A stretch of DNA of 64,000 nucleotides. Origin: Epiperipatus broadwayi. Its lineage: Eukaryota > Animalia > Onychophora. A program made the position numbers and the translations under genes. A model generated the notes under the pieces. It was not told the DNA's origin. It was given only the letters and a program-made list of their open reading frames with translations, and searched no databases. How positions within the stretch are numbered: position 1 is the stretch's first letter; every line of letters begins with the position of its first letter. Below, in pieces: positions 42,426 to 55,530 of the stretch. The stretch spans positions 12,152,001 through 12,216,000 of the forward strand of contig JAQFVV010000005.1 in NCBI GenBank assembly GCA_028023455.1, read 5' to 3'.

Positions 42426-44900
42426 GTCCGTTTAATAGATGCTGTTTCATTGGGTTTAAATCCATTTTAACAATTTTAAATTTATGTTTTCAACATATTA
42501 CACCCTTCAAGCAGAGGGGAGAATACCATCGATAGCTCTTATCAACGATACCCACGGTCAGACCGAGCTATGCAAAGCATAACATGATCACATTTCCAGA
42601 CCTTGGCCCACCTCGACTGCTAGATTAAAACCCTACCATCCAAAGCATTTTATTTGTTTAGAGGTAAATCTCCAGGCACCAGCTAATTACACGAAGTAAT
42701 TAACATGCCTGGATGGTAGGCCCATAATCCAGCGCTTGAAATATCCCATGACTAGCTCATACTGTCTCAGGCTCCAGCATATTTACTTAACACATACAAT
42801 AACTTTATAGTGATTTACAGGGGAGGCAGTGACATGAGAGAAAGAGAAAATAGACAAAATAACAATTAAGACAAACATTAATATTTAATTAGACACACAC
42901 AAATCTAATATAATACAATAATATTGAAATTTAAATATAAAATCATATAAGTAATTACTTGGGCTAAATTATGACAGTTCGTTTATTATACAAACAAATC
43001 AAAAGACGTAAGAGAATTCTAGCCCACTTTCCAATTAATGCATTTATACAGCACAAGTGTAATATTCTCAATACTTCTCTTAAGCGCAAATTTGATAAAA
43101 AAAAAAAACTTGCATTTTTGGCTTATCAGCAGAATGTCCACCTTCAAGACCCCGAAGCTTCGGCCTTCGTGAACCTCACAGATATACCAATCCAACAAGA
43201 GGTGTGTGACGTTTTATGCATAGGTCTACGATATGTTGGGGGTAGATGGAAACATCCCAACATGGAGCTTATTGCTGATGCGGAAGCAGGTCTAGCCAAT
43301 GATCCAGATAAATATAAATACATTACTCAAGTAGTTAATGCTGTGCAGCATAAATCTTTATATATACACACACATACCTGGCAAGCAAACGTAGCAAAAA
43401 CCAGACAATTTTTTAAAGATGCAGATGTCACATGCATGCTGGAGGATAAGGGCAATAGATTTGTTCTCATAAAAATACAGGACTACACATGTAAACTGGA
43501 TCAGCAGATCAACAAACTACAATTTCAAAGGCTTCCTGACTTCAATAACAAATTAAATAAAGATAAGTTTATTTCTTCCATTCTCAGACCACACTGCAAT
43601 AAAGCTTTCTCTAAGGCGGAATATTATAGACTTTACCCGTCTGCATCCATTCCTCCAAGGATATTTGCCAATGCCTAAATTCACAAGGCTAATATTCCAT
43701 TGCGACTTATTTGGATTTTGGAGGGGTCCACTATTCCAATACAGCAAAATAGATTAACCAACAGCTCATTCAAGCCTTGGGATTCAGTTCATATACCATA
43801 AATTCATCATTCCAATTTGTCACAAAAATAAAAGACCTAGTTTTAAACCCAGACACCTCACTGGCTACTATTGATGTTTCAGAGTTGTATGGCTCCATTT
43901 GCAGGGCTAAATCTATTCAGATTGTAAGAGAAGAGTTTATAAACCACAACTCGGCTCAGCCACTGATTGACTTTATTGTAGACTTTTTATCATGGCTTGA
44001 TAAAAATATCATGGCCTTCTTTCACAACCAGTGGTTTCATATGAAAGATGGTTGGCCGATGGGACTGCCTATGAGCGGCATCATCTCAAGTATAGTATTA
44101 AATTACTTCGAAAAACAAATAATTCCAAAATACCAAGAATCTAACTTGATATCCATCTACACTAGATATGTTGATGATCTCTTCATAGCCGCTCCCACTC
44201 CGATTATTCTACAAATTAAAACTGAACTTCAAAACACCACAGGGCTTATGTTTAACATAGAGAAAGAAAATGGCCGTAAACAAGTTAAATACTTAGACCT
44301 ACACATTCAGCAAGAACACACACATCTTAATTATAAGATGCTCATTAAACCTCTTGATGTTAGAGGACACTCCCACCCCCTCTCCACCAACTAACCACAA
44401 ACTCTCTGGCTTAACCTCGTTTTTGTATAGAAATATGCACCTGTGTAAATTTGAGGCAGATAAAAAAGCTAACCTAGCATCAGACAGGGACGACCTAATA
44501 AAAGTTGGTTTTAATCTGAATTTAATCGATAGGAAAATAAGTTTTCTAAAATTAATAATCAGGCCCCTAACATAGACAAGCAAAGACTTCTACTCCCTTA
44601 TCTGCCTAATGTGCATAAATGTTTTTACAATATATTCAGTAATAAATACCATTTATGTTTTCACACACCTTCTAACTCCAACAAACTAATCAATAACACC
44701 AAGGACAGCCTAACCCCCTCACTGACACCTCAGGTGGTCTATAATATTGCCTGCCCTGAAAAATATTGTGTCCACTAGGCTATCCCAACACAGTCCTACA
44801 ATAAAGCACTGGTGGACACTGCTTATAGTTCAGTTTTTGAACAGCACAGCACTTCAGCTGGTCATGATTGCAAACCTGGAAATCCAGTAGTGGTTTGCAG
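42426..44900 (+). mobile_element. Penelope/Poseidon-type PLE (RT + partly deleted GIY-YIG), defective
   Basis: FVNLTD..LCIGL, EDKGNRFV, A*IHKANIPLRLI (TAA 43676-43678 where KIHK is expected), IDVSELYGSI, GWPMGLPMS, TRYVDD, then LPYLPN..NKLINNTKD..VVYNIAC and SSVFEQH..GHD. Stops and frameshifts are present. Degenerate TSD at 42410-42425 / 44901-44919. Confidence 0.88.
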
Positions 44901-46150
44901 TAATCAAAGAAATGACCGGCTTCATGCTTTTCCCAAATAGTTTTCTGCATGCTATTATAATCACACAAACAACATTTGAATGCTTTAATACTGTGACAAT
45001 CTCTTGGTGAATGTTTTTTTTCTTGATTATTTTGATTAAATGCCAAAGAAGAGTCTTTTTCACGAGTGTGTTTTTTTATGTTTTTAAAACACTTTGATAA
45101 GCCAATTTAAAATTTCATATGCTACAATGGAAAGGTTTTTCACTTGTGTATGTTCTTCTATGTAGTTTTAAACTATTTTTGATTGCAGACTTGTAGTCAC
45201 ATAAGGTACAGTGGAAAGGTTTATTTCCTGTTTGTATTTTTTTATGAATATTTAAATTTGATATGTTATCAGCCTGGTATTCACATAAATTGCAAGAGAA
45301 AGTTTTTTCCCCAGTATGTATTCTTTCGTGAAGTTTTAAATTACTTTTGACACCAGACTTACAATCACATAAGCACAACGGAAAGGTTTTCCATCTGTGT
45401 GCGTTTTTTCATGTCTTTCCAAATTACTTTTTCTAGCAGTTTTATAGATGCATAAACTACAATGAAAAGGTTTTTCATCAGTATGTGTTTTTTCATGTCT
45501 TTTAAGGTTTCCTTTGATAGCTGTTTTATAACTGCATAAGAGACAGTGGAATTCTTTTTCATTTAAATGTATTCTTTCATGTAGTTTTAGATTCTTTTTC
45601 ACAGCAGACTTATAATCACATAGGTTACAATAGAAAAGTTTTACACCTGTGTGTGTTTCTTCATGTTTTTTAAGACTTCTTTTGCCTGCTGTCTTATATT
45701 TGCATAAGGAACAGTGGAATAGTTTTCCATCTGTGTGCATTCTTTAATGTACTTGTAGATATTTTTATAATGACTTACAATCACATAGATTATTGTAGAA
45801 AGATATTTCATTTGCGAGACTTTCTTTGATAGTGATCTTATACCTGCATAAGTTATAATGGAATGTTTTATCACCTTTGTTTGCTAAATATATTTTTTAA
45901 TTTGAGATAGTAGTCTTATAACTGTACATTATAATGGAAAAGCTTTTCACTTGTGTGTGTTGCTTTATGCAGATTTTAATCTACTTTTAGAAAATCTTAT
46001 AATTAGATAAACTACACTGGAAAGATTTTTGTCCTGAATGTATTTCAAGAATTTTCAAAATAAGTTTTACAGCTGTTTTACAAAGTAAAATAGGAAGGTT
46101 TTCTTCCTATATATATATATATATATATATAGGAAGATAAATCTATATAA

Positions 46151-46189
<39 letters not shown>

Positions 46190-47759
46190 TTTATAAGATT
46201 CTAATCTACATTTATTAGCAGTTATCATCTTATGAAAGGCAACCAAAACAGTTTTCTCCTCTTTGCATACAGTTATGAGTTTTTAAATGCCATTTATTAA
46301 GTTTTGAAATCACAGAAGTTGCACTACAAACATTTCTTTTCACCAGCATACATTAGTATAAGTGTTCTTATGGAGGGACTTGTGGTAGTAGAGACTAGAG
46401 TACAATGTTATACTACCTATAAAATCTCCATGCACTGTGAAAATAAAAATTTTTCTTCTTTATATATTATCTCATGCATTTTTAAATTACTTTTAGTGGC
46501 AGTATTATTGCATTATTAACTTTTTTTACTACTTGAACAGTTTTAAACTGTCTTATAATATATAATGCAATGAAGATTTCCAAACATTTTAAAATTGTTA
46601 TTTAAACCATTACTAAATCTTATAAACAATTGTAAAAAATTTAACTAGGATGTGTCTTTCATAAGAATTTTTGACAGTAAATTTATAATTACATGAGGTA
46701 TCCGTGAAAGCTTTTTCTGCCAAATTCTTTTAGTAATTTTAAAGAAATTTTAGCTTTTTAGAAGTCACATAAAATGGCACCAAAAATATTATTTGTAAAA
46801 ATCCCTAATTAATATTTTCCATAGCTGATCACTCATCCTGAGAATTTTTCTCTTGTAGTATAAAATCATTTCTCTCCATTACTTTCTCAAGAAAATTGTA
46901 ATGTAATTACTTAGATGAAATATATAACACTACTTAACTATTTCAATTTTTTTATAAGTTTAATTATTATTTTAAAGATAGATTATTTGTACAAATGATT
47001 TATATTTATTATTGAACTGTTATTTATATTTTAAAGATAACGTGGCAACCACAGTATTCACAACAATAAAAATAAATTATATTGCAAATATAGTAATGAT
47101 CGATGAAGTAAAAATCTATTTAGGACAATAAATTTACAGAATAGAATACAACTAACAAAGCTTTTAAATACATTAAAATTTTCATTAGTAATCAATAAAG
47201 TCTAAGGGCATTGATATGGATTTTGTTTTTGTCCTCAAATGTACATTTCATATATAGAATTATTTTGTTTAGTCTCTTACACTTCTTTAGATTTTTATTC
47301 AGACAATATTATCATATTTTCCATTTAAAAAAAACTGTTTTCTGAAATATAGCATATTAACTTCCCACATGGTATCTCTTTATATTAATTTTTGACACCA
47401 ACAATCTTTCTTTATTGCAACGCCTCAGTGAGTTTTCTAAATCTTAATCCTTTATCCACTTATATTAATTTATTTTTTGTTATAATATTTCAGAGATTTC
47501 ATCAAACAGCCATTTATCAATTCATTGCTTGAATCATAATGGACACAATCACAATATAATTATTTGAGAAGGTTCAAGTTTTGTGAGTAGTATAATAATT
47601 CTAGTGGTTGAAATCATTAACTGTTAGGTTTTAAATCATCTGACTTTCTCAGTCAATTGTAAAGAGCAAATGATATTATGTTTTAACTTCTATTGCAAGT
47701 ATTATAAATTCAACTCAGTTTTCAGATCTGGAGTTTATTCAGATGTAAATCCCTGCCAC
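44901..47759 (-). pseudogene. C2H2 zinc-finger paralog (9 fingers after the shared stop), disrupted
   Basis: ORF pieces 45336..45740, 45115..45378 and 44780..45046. Frameshift near 45375, TGA near 45115, His to Gln/Tyr losses. The C-terminal finger matches the plus-strand gene (CDYNSMQKTIWEKHEAGHF vs CDYKNMQKRILNNHEASHF). Homologous acceptor at 47760. Confidence 0.85.
46087..46187. repeat. (TA)n microsatellites with CTTCC/GGAAG inverted flanks
   Basis: CTTCCTATATA...TATATAGGAAG followed by a second (TA)n tract. Confidence 0.9.
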
Positions 47760-47889
47760 CTAAAAAAAAATTTAATTAATAAGCCAAAGATGGCAAACAA
47801 ATTTATAAATAACAGACAAGATATTATAATGTAATATTAATAATTTTTATTAATCATTCATTAGACTAGAGATTATCTACTTAGTGAAT

Positions 47890-48532
47890 ATTTCTGTAAT
47901 ATAATTTTCACTACATCACTTTCATGCAAGGTAAAAACTGGTTTTTATCTGCTTTTAACATTTTGTGGAGGGGTATAATTACAAACATATGACCAAAATA
48001 TGTACATAAATAGTCAAAATAAGAGTCATAGATCACATGACCCTATCTCTTAAGCTTGTAAGTTATAAACAATGAGGATTGCCAATTCCTCTACAAGCTT
48101 TGTGATAAATGCTTAGCCAGAGCCAGCACTTAAAATATCTCTGTCAAGAACCCCTCCCCAAACCCCTGACCATGGTTTCATGCTTTGACACTCCTCAGAG
48201 AGGTTTCAGGATAGATTCAGACACTAGATCTAAAAATACCAACCCAAAGCCAAGCACTTATCTAAAAGTTATCTATTGAGTGGAAAATCTGAGACATCTA
48301 CATGTCTTCAAACCCAGCTATCCAACTCAAATAGCTATATGGGGCTGATAGATCTTCAGCCATACCATATATTAGTAGTCTTAGCAATATAAATTTGCAT
48401 AAAACTTATGGCAGAGACTATACATCTTTTTCACATCTTTGGTCATATGTTTGTGATTATACTTCTCCAAATGGATAGAAACCAATCCCTACTTTGCATG
48501 AGAGGTGTAGTGAAAAGTATACTACAGAAATA
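47890..48532 (-). mobile_element. Hammerhead-bearing fold-back element (family C)
   Basis: About 105-bp imperfect inverted arms (47890-48003 / 48432-48532). No ORF. Canonical HHR in the middle. Confidence 0.75.
48160..48206 (-). ncRNA. Canonical type I hammerhead ribozyme
   Basis: AAACCTCT-CTGAGGA-GTG tcaaag CAT-GAAA-CCATGG-TC-AGGGGTTT; 8-bp stem I; palindromic ACCATGGT. Confidence 0.85.
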
Positions 48533-49799
48533 AAATGTAATGGTTCTGAAATTATTCCTACATACACTTAATTTTCTGGAGACATAGTATTTCAATTACT
48601 AGTTTTAAAAATACGCTTTTTTAAATTTGATTCTTTTTATTATCATGTTTTTTTTAATGTTTACATTGTTTTAAAAGACAGTTTCAGAAACATACAAATT
48701 ATAATCATTTGCTACTGATATTTGAAAGTATGTACAACTTTAAGAATATTTTCTTTACATGAATTTTAAAATATTTAACTAGTTGAGCATTTACAAGTGA
48801 TTTTCCAAATGTACAATTTGGCTCAGCAAATATCAGTTATATGGATATTTTTATTAATACTGATGGACATGTCTATTACAATTTTTATTGTGTGAGAATC
48901 AATTACTTTTACAATAACATTATAAAATTCTAGTGACTTCATTAAATGAAATGATCAATGCATTATTTCAAGCATAATAGAGGTAAATATGCTATAAATT
49001 TTTATGAAGAACTATACTCAAATTTTGTGACAAGTGTGATTACTAGTTAAGCAATTATTAATGAGTGAAATCACTAATTGTTAATGCAATAATATTAAAT
49101 TATTGATAGTGGATTGTTCACCATGTTGTTCCAGCATTTCTATATTCACTGCAAAGACAATTGTAGTGGATATTTATTGGGTAATGCTTGCCTTTTTACA
49201 CACCCAAAACTTTTGTTTTTCAGATCATACTTACTTGTCTTCTAACAACTTCTGAGTTTGTGTGTATACATATTTCCTCTTTAGTTGCATCTTTTATCTG
49301 TCACTATCATTCCCAAGTTGCAACACTATTTGAAGACTAATAACAAATCAAATTAATTATTATTTAAAGATAATTTCAATTTCTGGAATAGGGACAAATT
49401 CTGTTTTATAATTAGTTTAAGTACTTTTTGTAAGTTATCTAGTTTTCTGATTGTCTGTTGAATACGAATATTTCTATTTAAAATATATGAAAACACAAAC
49501 TTATTTTTTCATGTACTGTATATACATTTTTCTTAAACTGAGAAAAGCATGTAACTTCATTTCAATCATAATAAAGATTAATAGATTTTTTGAGAGAGAA
49601 AATAATATGGTAATTATGAATCGTAAGAGGTTAAATATTAAGTTTATTTCTTGGAATAATATTTACTTTGATAGTCTAACACAGAACAATTTCACAAGCC
49701 AAATTCATTAATACATGAACCACTGAAATAATGTGCCCGAACTGAATAAATAAAAATTCGATTAGTAATCTGTTTTAATAAACATTACAATAATAATCA

Positions 49800-49960
49800 G
49801 ATATATTGGACTATTTCAATCATCTGTCATTAAATGTAGAATGTCTAGAAAATTTTTAAATTAGTTCTAGACATTTAACAATAGATAACAGAAATAGTCC
49901 ACCATATTATCACATTATAAACATTTAATAATAGACAATGGAAATAGTCCAACATATTAT
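49800..49960. repeat. Small hairpin with duplicated right arm
   Basis: TGGACTATTTC...AATGTCTAGAA / TTCTAGACATTT...GAAATAGTCCA, with the GAAATAGTCCA arm repeated again downstream. Confidence 0.55.
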
Positions 49961-50596
49961 AATTGTAGAATTCAATTAATAATTTATTTCAATAACTGCC
50001 TTCTGTTTTCCGTGTCTATACAACTATACAAATCATAATGAATTATAAAACCTACATTTGTTATACTGTGAAAAGAATAAATCTACACCAACATGATACG
50101 AAAAATATCGTCTATAAATTTCAAAAGATATTTTTCTTAATGCTGCGTATAAAATATTATAACTACCTCTAAAAAAATCATTTTGGTACTTAAGTGATTA
50201 TCGTACTACACACTTGCTTCGCCATCGCCAAAATTGCATGATGGGACGACAGGATGACACGCCCCTATAAGTTAAATTTCAGAAGTTTTTTTCATTTTCT
50301 GGAGATGAAAACGAAAGCTGAATGATAATTTTGCGTTAATTATCGTATTTATAAAAGTTATTATTTTTACATATTTTAAATCTATATTATTTTTAACCAG
50401 CAAGAAAATTTACTCTTCTATAAAATAAATCCCAGATAAAAACAAACATGAAAACGGATAATTTTTTTTGCAGCAATTAATTTATCATATAATATTTAAA
50501 CAGATACTTTCTATATTTGTTTGAATAAACTATCTTTTATTCTTTTAAGTTTTGCATAAAAGGCAAAAGTGCAATGTATTCTGCATTTATAATAAT

Positions 50597-50793
50597 TAAA
50601 CCACTAAACATCACATGATCACTATCTCAGATCTAAGGCTCCTCACTGATGAAGGCTACAAGCCAGAAACTAGTCTGGGGATATTGAATGAGTAGGCACT
50701 AGATAGGGATTTTATGCACAAGCCTTCTGGCATCCATTGATTGCTCTTGTTAGCACAAGATGGCACTACTATATGGAGAGTTTTGCTTTGTTT
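50597..50793 (+). mobile_element. Family A element, 15-bp TSD
   Basis: TGCATTTATAATAAT at 50582-50596 and 50794-50808. Inverted AAACATCACATGATC piece followed by the sense segment. Confidence 0.9.
50640..50681 (+). ncRNA. Minimal type I hammerhead ribozyme (family A, best preserved)
   Basis: TCCTCA-CTGATGA-A-GGC tacaa GCC-A-GAAA-CTAG-TC-TGGGGA. Confidence 0.82.
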
Positions 50794-51559
50794 TGCATTT
50801 ATAATAATAAGAACTGAACAAGGCTGATTTTATATCTAGACATTTATAAAATCTATTTTAATAATATGTCCTTTGTAACATTTTCAGGCCCAGTATCCTC
50901 AGATTCAGATCATCTCTGCATAAATTATTTGTCTAATTAGCTCATTTCTGATTACTCTTTTATGATGTAAATGCTCTGATCAATGTCAAACATGTTTTCA
51001 TCTGTCTTGCATAAATTATTTACTGTAAGGGTGATGCTATCATTTTCCAAACACTAGATAATGGCTTTTTTTTTAACATCATGATTGCATTTTATAGCTT
51101 CTGGAAAGAACCTTTAGTTTCTGGCACTGAAATGATTAATGAAGTGATAATGTATCATGACTCAGAACTCACTTCATAAGCTGAAAATAATGGGTTGGAT
51201 ATAAAACATGGTAATACTGATTTGTTTGAATTTATTATTTCTATATTGATAATTGATTGCAATGTGTTTGTTGAATACAATTTATATATGGATGCAAAAA
51301 AACAAACTTCTGTTTGAAATTATCTGTCATAAGATAGATATATTTAATTCTAATTTTAATATTTTTTTATCATTTCCAAAACACAAGCAATGAGAGTTGA
51401 GTTCTACTCTTGTAGTATTATATTAACTTTTTACAGTTCATTGGCAATTTATTAATGCTTTGTGATTAGTTTCTTTTACTAATATTTTTATGATCTTCTT
51501 GTTTTTCTGTTCTCTCCATTTTTTAATTACTATTGTTTTTCATATTTTGTTATATTTTA

Positions 51560-51960
51560 ATTTTCTTTATTTTTTTTGTGAGTATAACTTTGATCTTATT
51601 TGTATTTCAGAAACAAGACAGTTTCATCATATTCTGGAACATGTACATACAGATAAGAGATATAAAATATTTCATACAGAAATGATCTACCAATTTAGTG
51701 GAGACACATTTATTGCCATCAAAAGAGAGTGTATACATAAATGTATTCCTATCATGATCTAATTTTATGAAACTTTTGGAATGGAATATTTTTTGAAAAA
51801 TAATATTAAATTTCATTTTTGTATTGTTTATATGAAACCAACATTATGGTTTTCAAAATTAAATAAATTATTTTGTTATCTGAAAACTTTTTAATTAACT
51901 ATATACCAACTTTGTTTTTGTTAGTGATTTTAATATACTTGATATATGCTCAGTTAATAC
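51560..51960 (+). mobile_element. LINE AP-endonuclease remnant
   Basis: YNFDLICISET...YKIFH...SGDTFIAIK and a downstream VSDFNI (GDFN-like) motif. Confidence 0.5.
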
Positions 51961-52147
51961 TATAAACATCTTGTTTCTCATTCACCTAAAGCATTTAGAT
52001 TGAACCACTAAACATCACATAATCACCATTCTTTACACTTACACAAGCTGTTTACACAGAGGCATAACTTACCATACACCCAGAGTAATCAATGAATGTA
52101 AAAAGATTTGTACATAAAATCCCTACCTAATGACTACTCACCCAATA

Positions 52148-52189
52148 TTCCTAGACTAATTTCTAGCATGTGGGTTTCATCAGTGAGGA
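52148..52189 (-). ncRNA. Family A hammerhead (degenerate)
   Basis: TCCTCA-CTGATGA-A-ACC cacat GCT-A-GAAA-TTAG-TC-TAGGAA. Confidence 0.55.
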
Positions 52190-52764
52190 GCCTTAGATCT
52201 CAGAGCACTGCATCTAGATCTTAGGATCTAATGCAACCCTCCAGCAGTGACCTTTTACTTTATTAGCTAACTATAAAGCTTTGAATCCAAAATGAAAACC
52301 TCAATAATGGTTTTAATTCAAGCTCATTAGCTTGGATCCTCATATAGATCTGAATTCAATTCCGCATCCATATTTTTGGTGTCTTTGGTTCTTTAAAAGC
52401 CACAGTCACCATGATCCTATTGGGAAAAATTGGTTTAAACTAGTGAACATCACTTGATCACCATTCTTTATGCTTACACAAGCTGTTTACACAGAGGCAA
52501 AACTCTCCATACAGTAGTACCACTCAGTGCAAGCCAGAGTGAGGAGCCTTGGATCTGTGATTATTAAAGAACTAAAGACAACAAAAAATGTGGGTGCTGA
52601 ACTGAGTTCAGATCTATATGAATATACAAGCTAATGAACTGAAATTGAAAACGTGTTTTCATTTTGGACTCAAAGCTTTATAGTTTGTTAATAAGATAAA
52701 AGGTGGATGCTGGAGGGTTGCATTCGATCTTAAGATATAGGTGCGATGCTTTTAGATCCAAGGC

Positions 52765-52806
52765 TCCTCACTGATGAAACCCACAAGCTAGAAACTAGTC
52801 TGGGGA
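52765..52806 (+). ncRNA. Family A hammerhead
   Basis: TCCTCA-CTGATGA-A-ACC cacaa GCT-A-GAAA-CTAG-TC-TGGGGA; C-C mismatch in stem II. Confidence 0.7.
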
Positions 52807-53159
52807 TATTGGATGAGTAGGTATTAAATAGGGATTTTATGCACAAATCTTCTTGCAACCACTGATTACTCTGGCTTGCACAGAATGGTGCTATTTATGG
52901 AAAGTTATTACTCTGTGTATGTAGATTGATTTAACATTGCAATTTATTGAATCTAAAGTAACTTAATTTCCATATCAATTCCAAAAAGTACTTGCTAGAT
53001 TATATTCTTAATAACTTTCAAATAATTCAATGTGTATCACTCATCTTTAGAATTTCACATTAATTATTCTTTTTAATCTGTTAAAAGAAACTATAAAAAA
53101 AATTATTAAGTTCTTTATTTGGAATTTTGTAGTAAAGTAATTTGTACTTTTCTTTGGAT

Positions 53160-53660
53160 ATAGTTTATTACTTTTCACATGCTTATATAAAAAGTCATGC
53201 TCCTTTACTCTCAATGTTGCACTTTGATTCATTATATATGGCATCAAATTTTTTGTGGATATATGTTATCATATATAGGTGAATTGAAGTGCAATATTGA
53301 AAAAAGAGTAAAGGAGCATGAATTATTATACAAGTGTGTGGAAAGTAAAAATAATAATGATTTAATGCCTGCTTCAGTTTTCTTGGATTGTGAAAGGACA
53401 TACATGTAAATATAAATTTAAGTTTCATCTTGAAAGTGCTAAGATTCTTCATGAAGAAAGAAACCATAATAAAAGAAAAATTAAGGAGGCAATTTTAATA
53501 AATGGACATAAAATGAATATAATTAATAGACAAGCTGCTAACATTAAAATTTGGGATTCATAGGGTTTGAGTTGATGGCATTTGCTTCCATTATGTTTTT
53601 TGAATTTAATGGCAGTTAAGGAGGATTAAAGAATTAACTAAAAGTACTTCTGTGAATTTA
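53160..53660 (+). mobile_element. Second PLE GIY-YIG 3' remnant, same subfamily as 29.8 kb, with a short inverted copy
   Basis: SYIGELKCNIEKRVKEHELLYK..ASVFLD, then KILHEERNHNKRKIKEAILI..INRQAANIKI. 53160-53235 is an inverted copy of 53280-53350. Confidence 0.75.
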
Positions 53661-55530
53661 AAGACTGTATATAATAGTTGATTATTGTTATTACAATATA
53701 TATATTAACAAAACTTAATTTACTATAATAAATTTAAATATATTAAATTTAAGCGTAAACAGAATTTAGAATCCCATGTGATGCCATTATTCCATCTGAT
53801 TGGCTGTCACGTAAGCATATCTGTTTGAAGGTGTTTAGCTTCCACGTTATTATAATAAATTTGATAATTATTGTGTATTCTAATCTAAATGCAAGTAATT
53901 TGTCTCACTACTTTTTAAAACTTTTTATACTATCAAAATTCCTTTGTAATTTGTTTTCAACTAATGATTTTTATTGACAAAAGTGTGTCAATAAATCTAT
54001 ATGATGGTATTTTTCACTTCAATTTTTATAAAATATGGATTACTAGCATTGAACATACTGCACAAAACTTTCACATGAAACAATGTTTTTATTAATTAAA
54101 TCAATTTTTCGATTTAACATGAAATACAAAAATCTTTTTCTACTTCCATCTAAGATAATTTATATAAAACATTTTTGTGAATTTAAATTGAATAGTGATT
54201 TAAAAATGGTATCCAAAATCAGTTTATACAATAATTGAGATTTTTTTAATTTAATTAAGTCTACTTTTTGAATTACTGTGGTATATAAAAATGTTTTTCC
54301 ACTTCAAATTAGGTTTGTGATTCACATCATACAAATTAGGGAATGGCAACAACTCATAAACCTCAAGGCTTGCTATTCTTGAATTTCTTTGGCTTTAAAC
54401 ATTTTTATATTTATTTTAAAGTGTATCTCTAGAAATGATGCTTCAACTTGATGGAAAAAAATATTGGAAAATAAAATACAGATATAAACAAAATTAATTA
54501 CTCCATTGGAAAATGCACTGCAGTGCATATTTTTTATTCAACAGTATTAAACAAAATATTTTACACCCTTCAGTCATTGACAATTCTAAAATATTTTTTT
54601 TTTCCAAAACTATTATGATATACATAAATTAGTCACATGTCAGGAATGAAAAAATAAAGTTAGTATTTAAAAATAAAAATTACTGGTACAAAAAGTTAAA
54701 GCAATTTAAACAAGCCTATTTATTTATTATATGGATTTTTTTTAAATAGACTAATTATTAGCAAAATCATAAAAAAATCTATAGAAATTTCAATCATGAG
54801 ATAGAATCATTGGTGGATTTATTAAGTTTTCCCATTTTATTAATGTAGCCATAGAATTGGCAGCAATTAACTGCGTTTTATAATTTGTGTTTATCCTTAT
54901 CTACACATGTCAGTAGCTGTTAAATTTCATTTATTAAATAAATGAGTGCAGTGACTATAGGTTGTCCTAAATTTGATGAAATTCAAATAATGTCTAGGAA
55001 GATTAAATCCACTTGTCTTTACAGTTGGATTTGGAACATTTGTTATGCCATAAATTTTTCATTCATAAATTTTTGGTTGGACACCCAGAAAGGAAATTTT
55101 GATTTGATATGAATCTTATATGGTTGAACTGTGTTTTGAATTATTGGTAAGTCCAATTTACTTAAAAGTTTTGTATGCCTTCTCTGTGAAGCAACATCTC
55201 ACATTTGGGAAAGAATATACAAAAGAGCAGAAAATCATTGCAAACATATATACTTGAGTATAGCAGTAATTATTTTTCATGATTATGTTTAAATGAGTAT
55301 CTGGAAATTAATATGGTAAATTTTTTAAAGCAGCCTTAAATATTAAAAAAAAAAAATTGTTCTCAGAATTTAATTGAACTGCTTGGCTTAATGCAATAGA
55401 CAGCCAAGAGTTAAAAGTACATATATATTAGTTCAACTTGTTACTTCAGGTGATTGAATATCCTATGATCCCTGTATAGCAAATCATTTGATTATGTAGC
55501 TCTGCTTATTTTAGTAAAAAGAAGGTGACC

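Larger units (their letters stand above)
52004..52920. mobile_element. Family A element: 1.2 tandem monomers (435-bp period) on minus plus a head-to-head sense copy
   Basis: AACATCAC block at 52011 and 52446. Inversion point near 52545-52560. Possible 8-bp TSD TAGATTGA (51996-52003 / 52922-52929). Confidence 0.9.
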
